A stretch of DNA of 64,000 bases, taken from the IMG/VR virus record IMGVR_UViG_3300044591_001667, one strand, 5' to 3'. The notes beneath the pieces are model-generated. The model saw only the letters and a list, made by a program, of their open reading frames with translations, was not told where the DNA came from and made no database searches. This DNA is from an uncultured virus (IMG/VR IMGVR_UViG_3300044591_001667). Taxonomy: Duplodnaviria > Heunggongvirae > Uroviricota > Caudoviricetes. Shown here in pieces: positions 35,394 through 44,671 of this stretch (within the stretch, counting starts at the first letter, position 1; every line of letters starts with the position of its first letter). The position numbers and the translations under genes were made by a program.

Positions 35394-36895
35394 AATTTGT
35401 AGTTTGTGGTGGAGGTACCGCTGGATGGGTTTCTGCTTTTACTATCCACGCTTCAAACCCCAATACACACGAAGTAATCGTAATTGAATCAGAATCGATT
35501 GGGATTATTGGAGCTGGAGAAGCTACAAGCGGATTTTTATATGATTTGTTAGATGGTGCTACTCTTTTTAGTAATAATGAATTTTTAAATCCAAATAGAA
35601 TTAAATTTGATTTTAATGATTTTGTAGAAAAAGTAGATGCTGTCCCAAAGTACGCTTTAAAGCATATTAATTGGGCGAAAGAAAAAGGCCATTACTGGGC
35701 TCCAATTAATGGATCTGAGACATCAAAAAGGTCTCCAGATCATTTATTTAATTATGTTATATCGGAGTTTGGTCCAGAAAAAGCTTACCTATCTTCAACA
35801 ATTGGTCAAGCTTATGATTTAAATAAAATGCCTCCTCAAGGAGGATATGGTTTTCAATTTAATGCTCCAAAAGTTGCAAAATATTTTAGAGAGCATATAA
35901 CAAAAACTACCAATACAAAACATATTGATTCTATAATCAAAGATGTAAAAGTTTCAAGTAATGGAATTGTCGACAGTGTTGTGCTTGAATCTGGTGAAAT
36001 CATTGAAGGTGATTTTTTTATCGATGCGACAGGATTCCATAGGCTACTAGCTAATAAGCTAGACATAGGTTGGATTGACTACAAAAATGAACTTCTTGTA
36101 GACAGAGCTATGCCATTTCTTATACCCTACAAAGAGGGGGGAGAAAAAGTACAACCAGTTACAGTTGCAGAGGCATTGTCTTCAGGGTGGATGTGGAGAA
36201 CTCCAACAGGCGGTCGTAGGGGATGCGGCTATGTTTATAGCAGTGCTTTTATCTCTGATGATGAGGCGCAAGCTGAGGCCGAAAAAATTATGGGACATCC
36301 TATAGAGCCAATCAAACATATTAAGTATGAATCAGGAAGATTGAAAGAGTTTTGGAAAGGTAATGTTCTAGTTACTGGACTTGCAAGCTCTTTTATTGAA
36401 CCTCTAGAAGCAACAAGCATTCATGCTACTATCATGCAAATATTTACTTTTTGTCAAGAATATTTATCTTCTACCAAAGAGAAAACACTAAATAAAGCAT
36501 CTATTGAAAAATACAATGCTAAAACATCAAAAATGTATGAATACTACAAAGATTTTACAGTTTTTCATTATCAAGGTGGTAGGGAAGATTCGGAATTTTG
36601 GAGAACTATTAAGTTCGACAAAATTACCTCTCCTGCAGTAGAAAACTACATTGAACGCTCAAAGAGCAGAATTCCTTCTGTTATGCACTTTATGGATTTC
36701 TGGGGGGTAGATGCTTTATGGAAGTGGAGCTTAGCTGGTCTTGGATATATATCAAGAGAACAAGCAATGGATGAGCTAATCCAGTTTCAACAATTTGAAT
36801 ACGCTCAAGGGCACTATCAATCGTTTAGAAACGATATGAGAAAAGCCCTAGCTAATAGACCGCCGTTTGAAGTAGAAGTTAAAAGCACTACTTAA
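35390..36895 (+). CDS. Flavin-dependent halogenase (tryptophan halogenase/PrnA family)
   Basis: GGGTAG, IGAGEAT, KYALKHINW (catalytic Lys equivalent), FIDATGF, GWMWRTP and FIEPLEATSI. Confidence 0.9.
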   Translation: MKFVVCGGGTAGWVSAFTIHASNPNTHEVIVIESESIGIIGAGEATSGFLYDLLDGATLFSNNEFLNPNRIKFDFNDFVEKVDAVPKYALKHINWAKEKGHYWAPINGSETSKRSPDHLFNYVISEFGPEKAYLSSTIGQAYDLNKMPPQGGYGFQFNAPKVAKYFREHITKTTNTKHIDSIIKDVKVSSNGIVDSVVLESGEIIEGDFFIDATGFHRLLANKLDIGWIDYKNELLVDRAMPFLIPYKEGGEKVQPVTVAEALSSGWMWRTPTGGRRGCGYVYSSAFISDDEAQAEAEKIMGHPIEPIKHIKYESGRLKEFWKGNVLVTGLASSFIEPLEATSIHATIMQIFTFCQEYLSSTKEKTLNKASIEKYNAKTSKMYEYYKDFTVFHYQGGREDSEFWRTIKFDKITSPAVENYIERSKSRIPSVMHFMDFWGVDALWKWSLAGLGYISREQAMDELIQFQQFEYAQGHYQSFRNDMRKALANRPPFEVEVKSTT

Positions 36896-37439
36896 TTTTT
36901 GATTTTGCTTTTAATTTTTTAGCCAACCGCTTTTTTTCAAGCTTTAAAGCTTTCTTTTCACGAATGCGAGCTCTCTTTTCAGATTTGTCTATTCGATCCT
37001 GTTTATAAGCTTCAATTGCGTTAACACTAGTTCGACTGCGCCAAGAGAAGTTACATACCGTACATGTAACTATCTTGGCGACAGTCCATCTCCCACCACC
37101 AGGAATTTCTTGTGAACTAGTTTCTAATTTAGAAGGACGAGCTGAGCAATAAGGGCAGTGAGGGTAACGACGTCTTTTTATCTCTTCACCTTTATATGAA
37201 ACAGATAAAGCTCGACGCATTTCACTTTCATCTTTACCGCCCCACGTACCCCAAACTTGTCTGTGCTCTAGCGCCCACTGAAGACACTGAGCTCTGACTG
37301 GGCACTCATAACAAAGGTTTTTTGCTTTGTACTTTTCTTGAGGGTCTTTTGAGAAAAACCAGTCTCTATAATGATTATTTTTTGGGAGGGCGCAAAGTGC
37401 CTCAGACTGCCATTCTAGGTTGTTAGCTGGTTTCCACAC
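36888..37439 (-). CDS. whiB: WhiB-family Fe-S transcription factor fused to a Zn ribbon and Lys-rich tail
   Basis: C...CYEC-x5-C, GTWGG, then CPYC...CTVC and a basic C-terminus. Confidence 0.88.
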   Translation of the reverse strand: MWKPANNLEWQSEALCALPKNNHYRDWFFSKDPQEKYKAKNLCYECPVRAQCLQWALEHRQVWGTWGGKDESEMRRALSVSYKGEEIKRRRYPHCPYCSARPSKLETSSQEIPGGGRWTVAKIVTCTVCNFSWRSRTSVNAIEAYKQDRIDKSEKRARIREKKALKLEKKRLAKKLKAKSKIK

Positions 37440-37500
37440 ATATTAGACTATATACTATAAAACTAAAAAATAAGTAAGTAACACACTATAAACTATAAAA

Positions 37501-37839
37501 TTATAATTCAACCCAAGTGAACTCAAAAGGCTCTTCAACATACTCTCCATATTCTGTTTCACCATTTGCATCGCAGAATGTGTAGTTATTTTCGCCTTCT
37601 ATAATACCTGCCCAACCAGTTTCAATGTGAGCATCAGTAATTAAATTAAAGCCATCTGCTAGAGAGTCTGCTACACCATCTCTTTGAAGAGTCGAAGCTA
37701 AAGCCCTACGAACTATCTCGTTCTCTAATTCAACATAAGCTTGAGTATAATAAATTACATCTGTAAATATTTTTTGTTGGGGGTAGCCCTCACCATCCCA
37801 ATGAATCCAAAGAGACTCTCCAACTCTTTTATCCTTCAT
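37501..37839 (-). CDS. Hypothetical acidic protein
   Basis: Tightly packed ORF in the minus-strand operon. Confidence 0.7.
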   Translation of the reverse strand: MKDKRVGESLWIHWDGEGYPQQKIFTDVIYYTQAYVELENEIVRRALASTLQRDGVADSLADGFNLITDAHIETGWAGIIEGENNYTFCDANGETEYGEYVEEPFEFTWVEL

Positions 37840-37841
37840 AG

Positions 37842-38162
37842 CTACTCTCTGTCTTCTCCGTAGTAGCCACCAAACTCATCTTCGTGGTCTTCATATTGAT
37901 CGTACGCCTGAGCCTCTTCTGACTCTGTTGTGAATACAATCTTGTGTTCTTTGACGTTAAAAATACCAGCAATAGTAATCTTGCCACAGACAGAGCAAGT
38001 TTCTACCGCCCCTGTATTTATCTTTTGAGGGACATCCACCCCCGATAAAGCCATCTTTATATTGCCATGGTCATCCATACTATGTGGCTCCCAGCGGGCA
38101 TGTTCCTTCAACCAGCATTGTTCGCAAACTGGTACGGGAGTGACTATTGGTCCACCGCTCAT
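37842..38162 (-). CDS. Hypothetical Zn-finger-like protein
   Basis: CEQC and CSVC pairs with an acidic tail. Confidence 0.7.
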   Translation of the reverse strand: MSGGPIVTPVPVCEQCWLKEHARWEPHSMDDHGNIKMALSGVDVPQKINTGAVETCSVCGKITIAGIFNVKEHKIVFTTESEEAQAYDQYEDHEDEFGGYYGEDRE

Positions 38163-38171
38163 ATATAAATT

Positions 38172-38456
38172 CTACGCTGTTTTCTTATAAGGGAATGGCT
38201 TACGTTTGCTTTTTATATGTTTTCTATCTACAGGACTTAGTCCGCCCCATAAGCCAAACTCTTCGTTATTCAAACCCCAAAGGGCGCACTCAATAAGGTG
38301 AGAACAGCTTCTACAAACCCTTCTTGCTCCTTCGTAATTTACTTCAGGAGTTGCTACAAGTCCAGGTTCGTCTCTGTCGTCAGCAAAAAATAAGTTGCCT
38401 CCTACCTGAGCACAAAGTGGGTCTTCATATTGCCAAGGTGGGCGAACATTTTCCAC
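38172..38456 (-). CDS. whiB: WhiB-family transcription factor (second copy)
   Basis: LCAQ...LFF...CRSC-x5-C, GLWGGLS..DR, basic tail. Confidence 0.92.
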   Translation of the reverse strand: MENVRPPWQYEDPLCAQVGGNLFFADDRDEPGLVATPEVNYEGARRVCRSCSHLIECALWGLNNEEFGLWGGLSPVDRKHIKSKRKPFPYKKTA

Positions 38457-38461
38457 TGTTG

Positions 38462-38773
38462 CTAACCTTTCTTGTTTTTCTCTTCTTTAATCCCTACTTC
38501 ATAACCACAGCCAGCGTAGCCAGCAATGTCAATCCAAGTATCAGGTTGGAAATCTCCCTTATTAGCGTAGCGAGCCATTTTCAATCCGATCATCATCATG
38601 GCTACATCTTCGTTAGAAATGTCAACACCGAGAATAGTTGACCATATTTTTCTGGTTCTATCAAAATTATCTTCTGGGTCACCATAGTTCATATTTCTTT
38701 CAGTTGAAATAATACGAGCAGCTTCCCGTAAAGCTTCAATTCTTGGAGGAGTTACTTCATTATTTTCTGACAT
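38462..38773 (-). CDS. DUF6378-like protein
   Basis: R...YGDPEDNF...W...DVAMMMIGLKMAR...DTWIDIAGYA pattern. Confidence 0.8.
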   Translation of the reverse strand: MSENNEVTPPRIEALREAARIISTERNMNYGDPEDNFDRTRKIWSTILGVDISNEDVAMMMIGLKMARYANKGDFQPDTWIDIAGYAGCGYEVGIKEEKNKKG

Positions 38774-39011
38774 CTTTTACCTTCGCAATCACTTGTGCAG
38801 AATATTCGTATTCAGATGTAATATCTTCTTTTTGAGAAACTATTAGTTCATAATTAACTTGTTGAAAATTTTCCGCTGGGTCTTCTTCAGAAAAAAAGTC
38901 GTCAACTTCATCATTAGTCCCTAAAAATTTTGCAATAGCTATATCTGCCTTCTCTCGAAGTTCTTCATAGCTATCACCTTGAACCGTTAGATTCAAGGTA
39001 ATACTTTTCAT
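38760..39011 (-). CDS. Hypothetical protein
   Basis: Overlaps both neighbours in operon fashion. Confidence 0.65.
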   Translation of the reverse strand: MKSITLNLTVQGDSYEELREKADIAIAKFLGTNDEVDDFFSEEDPAENFQQVNYELIVSQKEDITSEYEYSAQVIAKVKDVRK

Positions 39012-39430
39012 GTTAAAACCAGCTTCTCTAGTTTTGCTGGTGGGTAGTGAGCACCGTCAAGAAGAGGTTCTTTACCATCATTACTTTTTATAATGACGTC
39101 TCCGTACCTTACTCCGACAACAACTCCTCTACGCCCGTTGTGTATTGTTCCAAGTTCACCATCAAAAGCATCGTGTTTTACTCGTACCTGTTCAGCTACT
39201 TTAATAAAACCTGCTTGCACTGGAATCCATGTTTCATTTTTATTTTCTTTAGCAACAACATGACCTTTTGCTAGAGTTGCAAACATATCAATTGCTTTGG
39301 TTCTAAATTCAGGAGTAAGGTCTAAAGACTCAATTAGTTCAATCAACTTCATTGTTGCATCACCAACTGGCTTTCTTACCTTAGCTGCCTGTAATTGGGA
39401 TTTAACCCAATCCATGTCTAAGTTTGACAT
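39008..39430 (-). CDS. Hypothetical protein, possible SH3-like C-domain
   Basis: GGGAGG RBS; QVRVK...HNGRRGVVVGVRYGDVII beta pattern. Confidence 0.7.
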   Translation of the reverse strand: MSNLDMDWVKSQLQAAKVRKPVGDATMKLIELIESLDLTPEFRTKAIDMFATLAKGHVVAKENKNETWIPVQAGFIKVAEQVRVKHDAFDGELGTIHNGRRGVVVGVRYGDVIIKSNDGKEPLLDGAHYPPAKLEKLVLT

Positions 39431-39480
39431 TTGACCTCCCTTCTTTTAATTCTATTGGTTTTTACTTATTTAGTAAAGAT

Positions 39481-40494
39481 TTAAACTAAGTGTTTTAGTG
39501 TTTTAGTTAGCTTTTCTTTTATATCATCTTGAGTAGGCAGCTGATTTAGATATGATTGTTTTTGAGCAAAAGCCAACTCTGTTCTTTCTACGTAATCCAT
39601 CAATTCAATGCTAGTGGGTAGATGGGTCCACTCTTCTCCCATATAACCTGTAATCCTCCAGTCATGGACAACAGGAACTCCCTGAGAAAGAGACTGAGCA
39701 AAGACAGGTGACCACCAAGACTCACCATTTCTATATGTAGAAATAATAGTTCCAATTGAATGACGAATTCTTGACAATGTTTCTGATTCGGATTCCCAGA
39801 CATGTTCCTTTGGGGGGATTATCTTTTTTGTCAACATTTGACTGTGGGGCTTAGTTGATGAGTTGAAAGTATCACAAACCCAATACTCATCAGTCATATA
39901 ATAATTTTTAGTTTGCTCTGGTTGAAGGATTATGTATGAATCTACGTTAACCCCTACCAAATTTTCTGCAGAAAGATTCGGAAGATATTTGGTCAAAAGG
40001 TCAGTATTGCTCCAAGGAAACGAAGGGTAAAAAGTCGTAGGCCATTTTTCAGTACTTAGATACTCAACAAAACCTTGAACTTCAGATTTAAGCTCAGGGG
40101 ACTCCACAACATCAAAATAATTTCTTCTTCTGTCGTAAAAACTTTTAAAAGTTGAAGCTTCATTAGACCAAGCATTTAGAGATGGCGGAATTTTAAAACT
40201 TTCAGGGGCATCAATTAAAAGAGATAGGTTTCCTATTTTTCTGCATTTATTTGCGGCCACAAAGGCAGGGTAAATTTTATTAGCAGAAATACTTGTAGTA
40301 GGTGAGATTCCAACAATCACTAAATCATATTTTTCTAAATCCGACTCGTCCCAAGAGATGTTAGGAGATGCATAAGTTACGTCAACTTCAGCATTTTTAA
40401 AACTCTGCGCCAACAAATTACTAAATGTAGGAGTTCTCTCTGCATGCTTTCGAGAAGCTTGTTGGGCTGTACATCCAGTTATTAGAACTTTCAT
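39481..40494 (-). CDS. Putative GT-B-fold glycosyltransferase, T4 beta-glucosyltransferase-like
   Basis: N-terminal MKVLI...DLEKYDLVIVG...LLID and C-terminal ETLSRIRHSIGTII...FAQSLSQGVPVVHD resemble the GT-B/BGT layout. The ORF is solid; the function is tentative. Confidence 0.45.
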   Translation of the reverse strand: MKVLITGCTAQQASRKHAERTPTFSNLLAQSFKNAEVDVTYASPNISWDESDLEKYDLVIVGISPTTSISANKIYPAFVAANKCRKIGNLSLLIDAPESFKIPPSLNAWSNEASTFKSFYDRRRNYFDVVESPELKSEVQGFVEYLSTEKWPTTFYPSFPWSNTDLLTKYLPNLSAENLVGVNVDSYIILQPEQTKNYYMTDEYWVCDTFNSSTKPHSQMLTKKIIPPKEHVWESESETLSRIRHSIGTIISTYRNGESWWSPVFAQSLSQGVPVVHDWRITGYMGEEWTHLPTSIELMDYVERTELAFAQKQSYLNQLPTQDDIKEKLTKTLKHLV

Positions 40495-40511
40495 AGTGTC
40501 TCTTTCAATTT

Positions 40512-40550
40512 ATGTGAAGAGCCACCCAACAGTTTTTGTTGGGCGGCTCT
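40512..40550 (-). terminator. Stem-loop after the SSB gene
   Basis: Minus-strand AGAGCCGCCCAACA-AAAAC-TGTTGGGTGGCTCT. The G-U pair forms only on the minus-strand RNA; the U-tract is weak. Confidence 0.6.
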
Positions 40551-40563
40551 AACACAACGTGAT

Positions 40564-41088
40564 TTAGAACGGTGCTGCTGGTGCCGCCGCTGGAGCTGGT
40601 GCAGGAGCGGGAGCTGGTGCTGGCGCTGGTGCTGCTGCTGCAGCAGGTGCTGGTGGTACAGCAGCTCCTGCAGTTGCTCCACCTGCCGCTGGGTAGTAGT
40701 TCTTAATTTCGTTCTTCTTGTTGCCCTGATAAGTCTTCTGACCAATCTGAGCACGGAACTTACGACCCTGCATAGCAGCTTCAATCTGTGCATTTGATGG
40801 TGCACGATCAAAAAAGTCTTTTGTAAGACCTAGAGCGCTCATCTTACGGAAAAAGATTCCGAGAGCGGTTGGATTCTCAGGCGAAATTGTTAGGTTGTCC
40901 CAAACAAGACGCTTTGCAAAAGCACCTGTTTCGACCTGTGCCTTTAGTGAGAACATTGTTTTACCTGATTGCGCAACTTTTGCAGTTGCTTCTACAACAG
41001 CAAGGTCATAGTCGCCATCTGGTAGTGGTTCGTAGGAGTTTGATTCTCCTGCGTTTTTAATGAGGTCTGCCCAATTAAGAGTGCTCAT
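40564..41088 (-). CDS. ssb: DUF669-family single-stranded DNA-binding protein
   Basis: YEPLPDGDY...SGKTM...LVWDNL, Ala/Pro linker, terminal PF; adjacent to the Sak4-like ATPase. Confidence 0.8.
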   Translation of the reverse strand: MSTLNWADLIKNAGESNSYEPLPDGDYDLAVVEATAKVAQSGKTMFSLKAQVETGAFAKRLVWDNLTISPENPTALGIFFRKMSALGLTKDFFDRAPSNAQIEAAMQGRKFRAQIGQKTYQGNKKNEIKNYYPAAGGATAGAAVPPAPAAAAAPAPAPAPAPAPAPAAAPAAPF

Positions 41089-41873
41089 GCGTTAGCTTCT
41101 TTCTTCGTAGTGGTGGATTGTTCTGCTTGTGGAACTTGTTTTGGTCCGAAAATAGTGTCGAGCATGACATCAATTGACAATTTATCCTGCTCAACAATCG
41201 AGCCCAATCGGCCTTGGACTCGCTCTCCCGCTTCATACTCGTTAGTGCGTTCAACATACATACGTCGAACTTTGTAAGGAGGTGATAGTGGGTCAGGGTT
41301 CGGGAAAGACTCAATAGTCAAAGCACCAAGAATGTCGTAAAAATATGGTGCTTGAATAGCGAGCTGTCCTTGTAGGTAAGGACGGTGCTTCCCATCCTGA
41401 GTCACACGAGACATTGCTGTTAGTACAACAGCCTCGAGTGGGTTTGTTGGGTGCATAGTTAGGTCGCGGAGGTCACGTAGAAGGCCACCCATGTGACGAA
41501 GTAGTTCGCCCCACTGTTGCATCTTCATCTGCTCATTTCCAGCGATGCTGTCCATACACTTAACTTGCAACTCCGAAATGGAGTCAATAATCAAAGACTT
41601 GAACTGGTGTTTACCTAGTTGAAGCCACTGATATGTTTTGATAACCGTGTCATAGTCACGAACTGTGACTACGCAGGTATCCCAAGTACCGTCTGCAACA
41701 GGTGGTTCCTCTCGCAAAGGGTCCCAATACTTAACGACGATAGGCAAGAATCTGTGTCCGCCTTCAACGTCAAGCATGAGTCTTGGATATGGTGCGGTTA
41801 CGGCAAAAGTTGATTTACCAACCTTTGATTCTCCGTAAACCATTACGGTCAATGACCGTTGGATTTCACTCAT
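41085..41873 (-). CDS. Sak4-like / AAA_24 RecA-fold single-strand annealing ATPase
   Basis: VYGESKVGKST Walker A, LDVEGG and LIIDSISE. Confidence 0.85.
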   Translation of the reverse strand: MSEIQRSLTVMVYGESKVGKSTFAVTAPYPRLMLDVEGGHRFLPIVVKYWDPLREEPPVADGTWDTCVVTVRDYDTVIKTYQWLQLGKHQFKSLIIDSISELQVKCMDSIAGNEQMKMQQWGELLRHMGGLLRDLRDLTMHPTNPLEAVVLTAMSRVTQDGKHRPYLQGQLAIQAPYFYDILGALTIESFPNPDPLSPPYKVRRMYVERTNEYEAGERVQGRLGSIVEQDKLSIDVMLDTIFGPKQVPQAEQSTTTKKEANA

Positions 41874-41876
41874 GCG

Positions 41877-42806
41877 TCACTCATTTCCTTTAGTTTCTTC
41901 TTGACCATAGTAAGCATATGGATCTGCTACTACGAAGCTATCACTGATTGCTTGTTCTGCGGCACTGCCGTCATCAACAAGTGTGCAAACAGTGAAGAAT
42001 GGGCACTTCCACTTGCAATCACGGCTTGGCCGTGGGTACGCATGGAATGCTGGACTTTCACCTTCATCCAATGCTTTTCTAACACGCATCATGTCGGCAA
42101 TAGTGCCGTGTAGACGGTCCCAGAAGGAGCGTAGGGTAAAGATGTTGTGCCGTACCTCGATTTGGTCGTAGAACGGCGGACGTGCCGCTGCAGAACGACG
42201 AACTTTCTTCAACATTGTGAAGATGCCACCGTCTGAGCGTTCTGACTCATCCTTCTTGGTGGATTCCAAGAGCATGTATGTCAAAATCTGTTCATTCATT
42301 GGAGCTAGGTTTGCAAACTCACTAAGAGAGCCACCTACTGTTTTAAAGTCACGAAACATGCGAACTCCATCGCCTTTACGACGCACACGCATATCAAGCT
42401 TTCCTGTCAGCTCAACTTCTCCGTTAAAGAGTGGGGCTGTGATTACTTCTTCGGTAGAGATCATCTCTAACTCTGCATCAACACCGTTTTCTTCAACCCA
42501 TTGAAGATATCCCTCAAGCATGATGTGCCCAAGCTCTCCTTCTTTCTCGAGCTCTGAAACATCTTTAAATTCTGCAAGAAGTAGTTCTTTCTCTGCATTT
42601 AAAAGCTTCGTATGTGACTGTAGTAGCGGGGTTCCGTTAGCGTAGTAATCATCTAGCGCAGCGTGGATTCGTGTACCCAAAGCAAGCGCACCTGTGGCAT
42701 CACGATACTTAGGTTGGAGTCTGCGGTAGTAGGTGAGCCACCACTTGCGACGGCAATCTTTAAATGTTTGAATCTCGCTGTTGGAGATTCTGACTACTTC
42801 GCTCAT
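41877..42806 (-). CDS. Cas4/RecB-like PD-(D/E)xK exonuclease
   Basis: SNSEIQTFKDC, GTRIH, GKLD, DFKT, Q..TY and C-terminal CKWKCPFFTVC (Fe-S ligands). Confidence 0.88.
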   Translation of the reverse strand: MSEVVRISNSEIQTFKDCRRKWWLTYYRRLQPKYRDATGALALGTRIHAALDDYYANGTPLLQSHTKLLNAEKELLLAEFKDVSELEKEGELGHIMLEGYLQWVEENGVDAELEMISTEEVITAPLFNGEVELTGKLDMRVRRKGDGVRMFRDFKTVGGSLSEFANLAPMNEQILTYMLLESTKKDESERSDGGIFTMLKKVRRSAAARPPFYDQIEVRHNIFTLRSFWDRLHGTIADMMRVRKALDEGESPAFHAYPRPSRDCKWKCPFFTVCTLVDDGSAAEQAISDSFVVADPYAYYGQEETKGNE

Positions 42807-44602
42807 AGTAACCCTGCCTTATCGTCTTTGAGTAGTTTTAATAGTTGTGCTTGGTCTTGAACAATATCTTCAAAGTTCTGCGCTTTCTTATCAAGAACAT
42901 TAATGACTCGTTCTTCAATGCTTCCTTCTGTTACATAATCCGTGATGATGATTGAGTCATGAATTTCTGACCCGATGCGGTGCACACGGTCCAACGCTTG
43001 CTTATGGTCAACAAGTGACCATGGGCGTTGAAGCATAATCAAGCGACGAGCAGCGGTAAGAGTCACACCCACACCACCAGCTTGAGCAGTGAAAAGAATC
43101 CACTTTGTCTTACCAGATTGAAAATCATCAATTGCTTTCTGTCGCTCATCTTCTGTCTGAGCACCAGTGATTAGACCATGAGGGATGTTTTTCTTTGTCA
43201 TAGCGTCGCTAGCTAAATCAATTAATTGTCTAGACACAGCACACACTGCTACAGAGTCATCTCCAAAGTCTCCACTTTCAATATCATCCATCAATGCATC
43301 AACTTTACAAGATGGCTCTGTCAAATAAACAGCAACCTCTCCTGTTTGCTCATCTGTTTCTAATACAGCAGATGAACTAGCAAACTGAATTAATCTCAAC
43401 GTCTGAGTCAAAACACTTGGAGCAGTTAGAGCGTCACCATTTTCAAGTTCAGCAATCATGGTGTCACGCATCTGCTCGTAAGCCTTCTTTTGCTTAGGTG
43501 ACATTTCAATATCACGACGCTCGTTAATTACCTCTGGAAGCCAAGGCAACACTACAGACTTAAGCATTCTTCGCATAACTGGTTGCACTGCTTTATCAAA
43601 CTCTGTTTGCATATGTGGCTTCACACCAAGAACCAACATCCCACCAAAAGCATTAAGCATTGTGTCAACCATGCGTTCAATCCAACGAGTCTTTGAAGGC
43701 CAATCTTTTGGAGATAGCCAATGCAAGATTGCCCAAAGATCTACAACGTCTTTTGCAATTGGAGTTCCTGTTAAAGCAAATCGAATGTTGGCATCTCCTG
43801 TAGCAGCCCACAGAGCGCGAGTTTGTTTACTCTTAGGTTCTTTGGAGCGGTGAATCTCATCTGCAACAACAGCTTTAAAGTCAATCTCGTTTAACTCTCT
43901 ACGGTGCACTTCACAGCGGTTGGCACTGACAGACTCGTCGTGACCTCCACAATCGGAGCATCTAGTTAAAGCTACAGAGCCGTAAGGAGCTAGTTTTGAA
44001 TGACCCCTAAGGGCTTCCCAGTTGAGGATATAAACGTCTGCTTGAACATCAAATTGTTTCTTTCGTTGAACAGCCGTCCCTTTAACCACCTGTGTGCTTA
44101 CTTCAGGCCACCATTTTTCAAACTCTCTAGCCCAGTTCTTTTTTAGGGTGTTAGGGCAGACAATCAAGGCTGGGAATACTGGTTCACCCTGCTCTTGGAT
44201 TTTCTTTAGGGCACGGATAGCTTGGGCAGTCTTACCTAGACCCGGCTCATCAGCTAAAAGAGCCCTTTTAGCCGTGCTAAGGAACTGTACGCCAGCTCTT
44301 TGATGCGGGAACAAGTCTTCATCCCCATCGGCCTCTAAAACCTCTCTGAGGGCCATTGCAGGGCCTATACGGGTGCTTAATTCATTAGCTGCCCAATCAT
44401 TAAGGGCAGGGCCTATTTGTAGGTCATTGAGGAATGTAGAGCGTAATGCAAGGCAGCTAGACCAGCTCAGAGGTAGTCTCCACAGTTGGTCTTCAGTAGA
44501 CCATTTAGAGCCTGGAATAGACTTGCATAGGTCTTTATATCGCCACTCAGCTTGAATGACTATATGGCTTTTTTGAGCGTCTAACTCCACAATTACTGGC
44601 AT
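42803..44602 (-). CDS. SNF2-family DNA helicase
   Basis: LADEPGLGKT, DEIH, LTGTP, GGVGVTL and QALDRVHRIG. Confidence 0.93.
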   Translation of the reverse strand: MPVIVELDAQKSHIVIQAEWRYKDLCKSIPGSKWSTEDQLWRLPLSWSSCLALRSTFLNDLQIGPALNDWAANELSTRIGPAMALREVLEADGDEDLFPHQRAGVQFLSTAKRALLADEPGLGKTAQAIRALKKIQEQGEPVFPALIVCPNTLKKNWAREFEKWWPEVSTQVVKGTAVQRKKQFDVQADVYILNWEALRGHSKLAPYGSVALTRCSDCGGHDESVSANRCEVHRRELNEIDFKAVVADEIHRSKEPKSKQTRALWAATGDANIRFALTGTPIAKDVVDLWAILHWLSPKDWPSKTRWIERMVDTMLNAFGGMLVLGVKPHMQTEFDKAVQPVMRRMLKSVVLPWLPEVINERRDIEMSPKQKKAYEQMRDTMIAELENGDALTAPSVLTQTLRLIQFASSSAVLETDEQTGEVAVYLTEPSCKVDALMDDIESGDFGDDSVAVCAVSRQLIDLASDAMTKKNIPHGLITGAQTEDERQKAIDDFQSGKTKWILFTAQAGGVGVTLTAARRLIMLQRPWSLVDHKQALDRVHRIGSEIHDSIIITDYVTEGSIEERVINVLDKKAQNFEDIVQDQAQLLKLLKDDKAGLL

Positions 44603-44629
44603 TTATTACTTCCTGTCACTATGTCAAAC

Positions 44630-44638
44630 ATACTATCA
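44630..44638 (-). promoter_or_regulatory. Extended -10 promoter upstream of the helicase-recombination genes
   Basis: Minus strand TG-A-TAGTAT in a very AT-rich gap. Confidence 0.45.
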
Positions 44639-44671
44639 TGAAAAATTAAAAAACTTTTTATTTCTTGATAG

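Noticed and set aside
41877..42806. Cas4 as evidence of a CRISPR-Cas system
   Set aside because: No cas1, cas2 or array; it sits in a standard Sak4/SSB recombination module.
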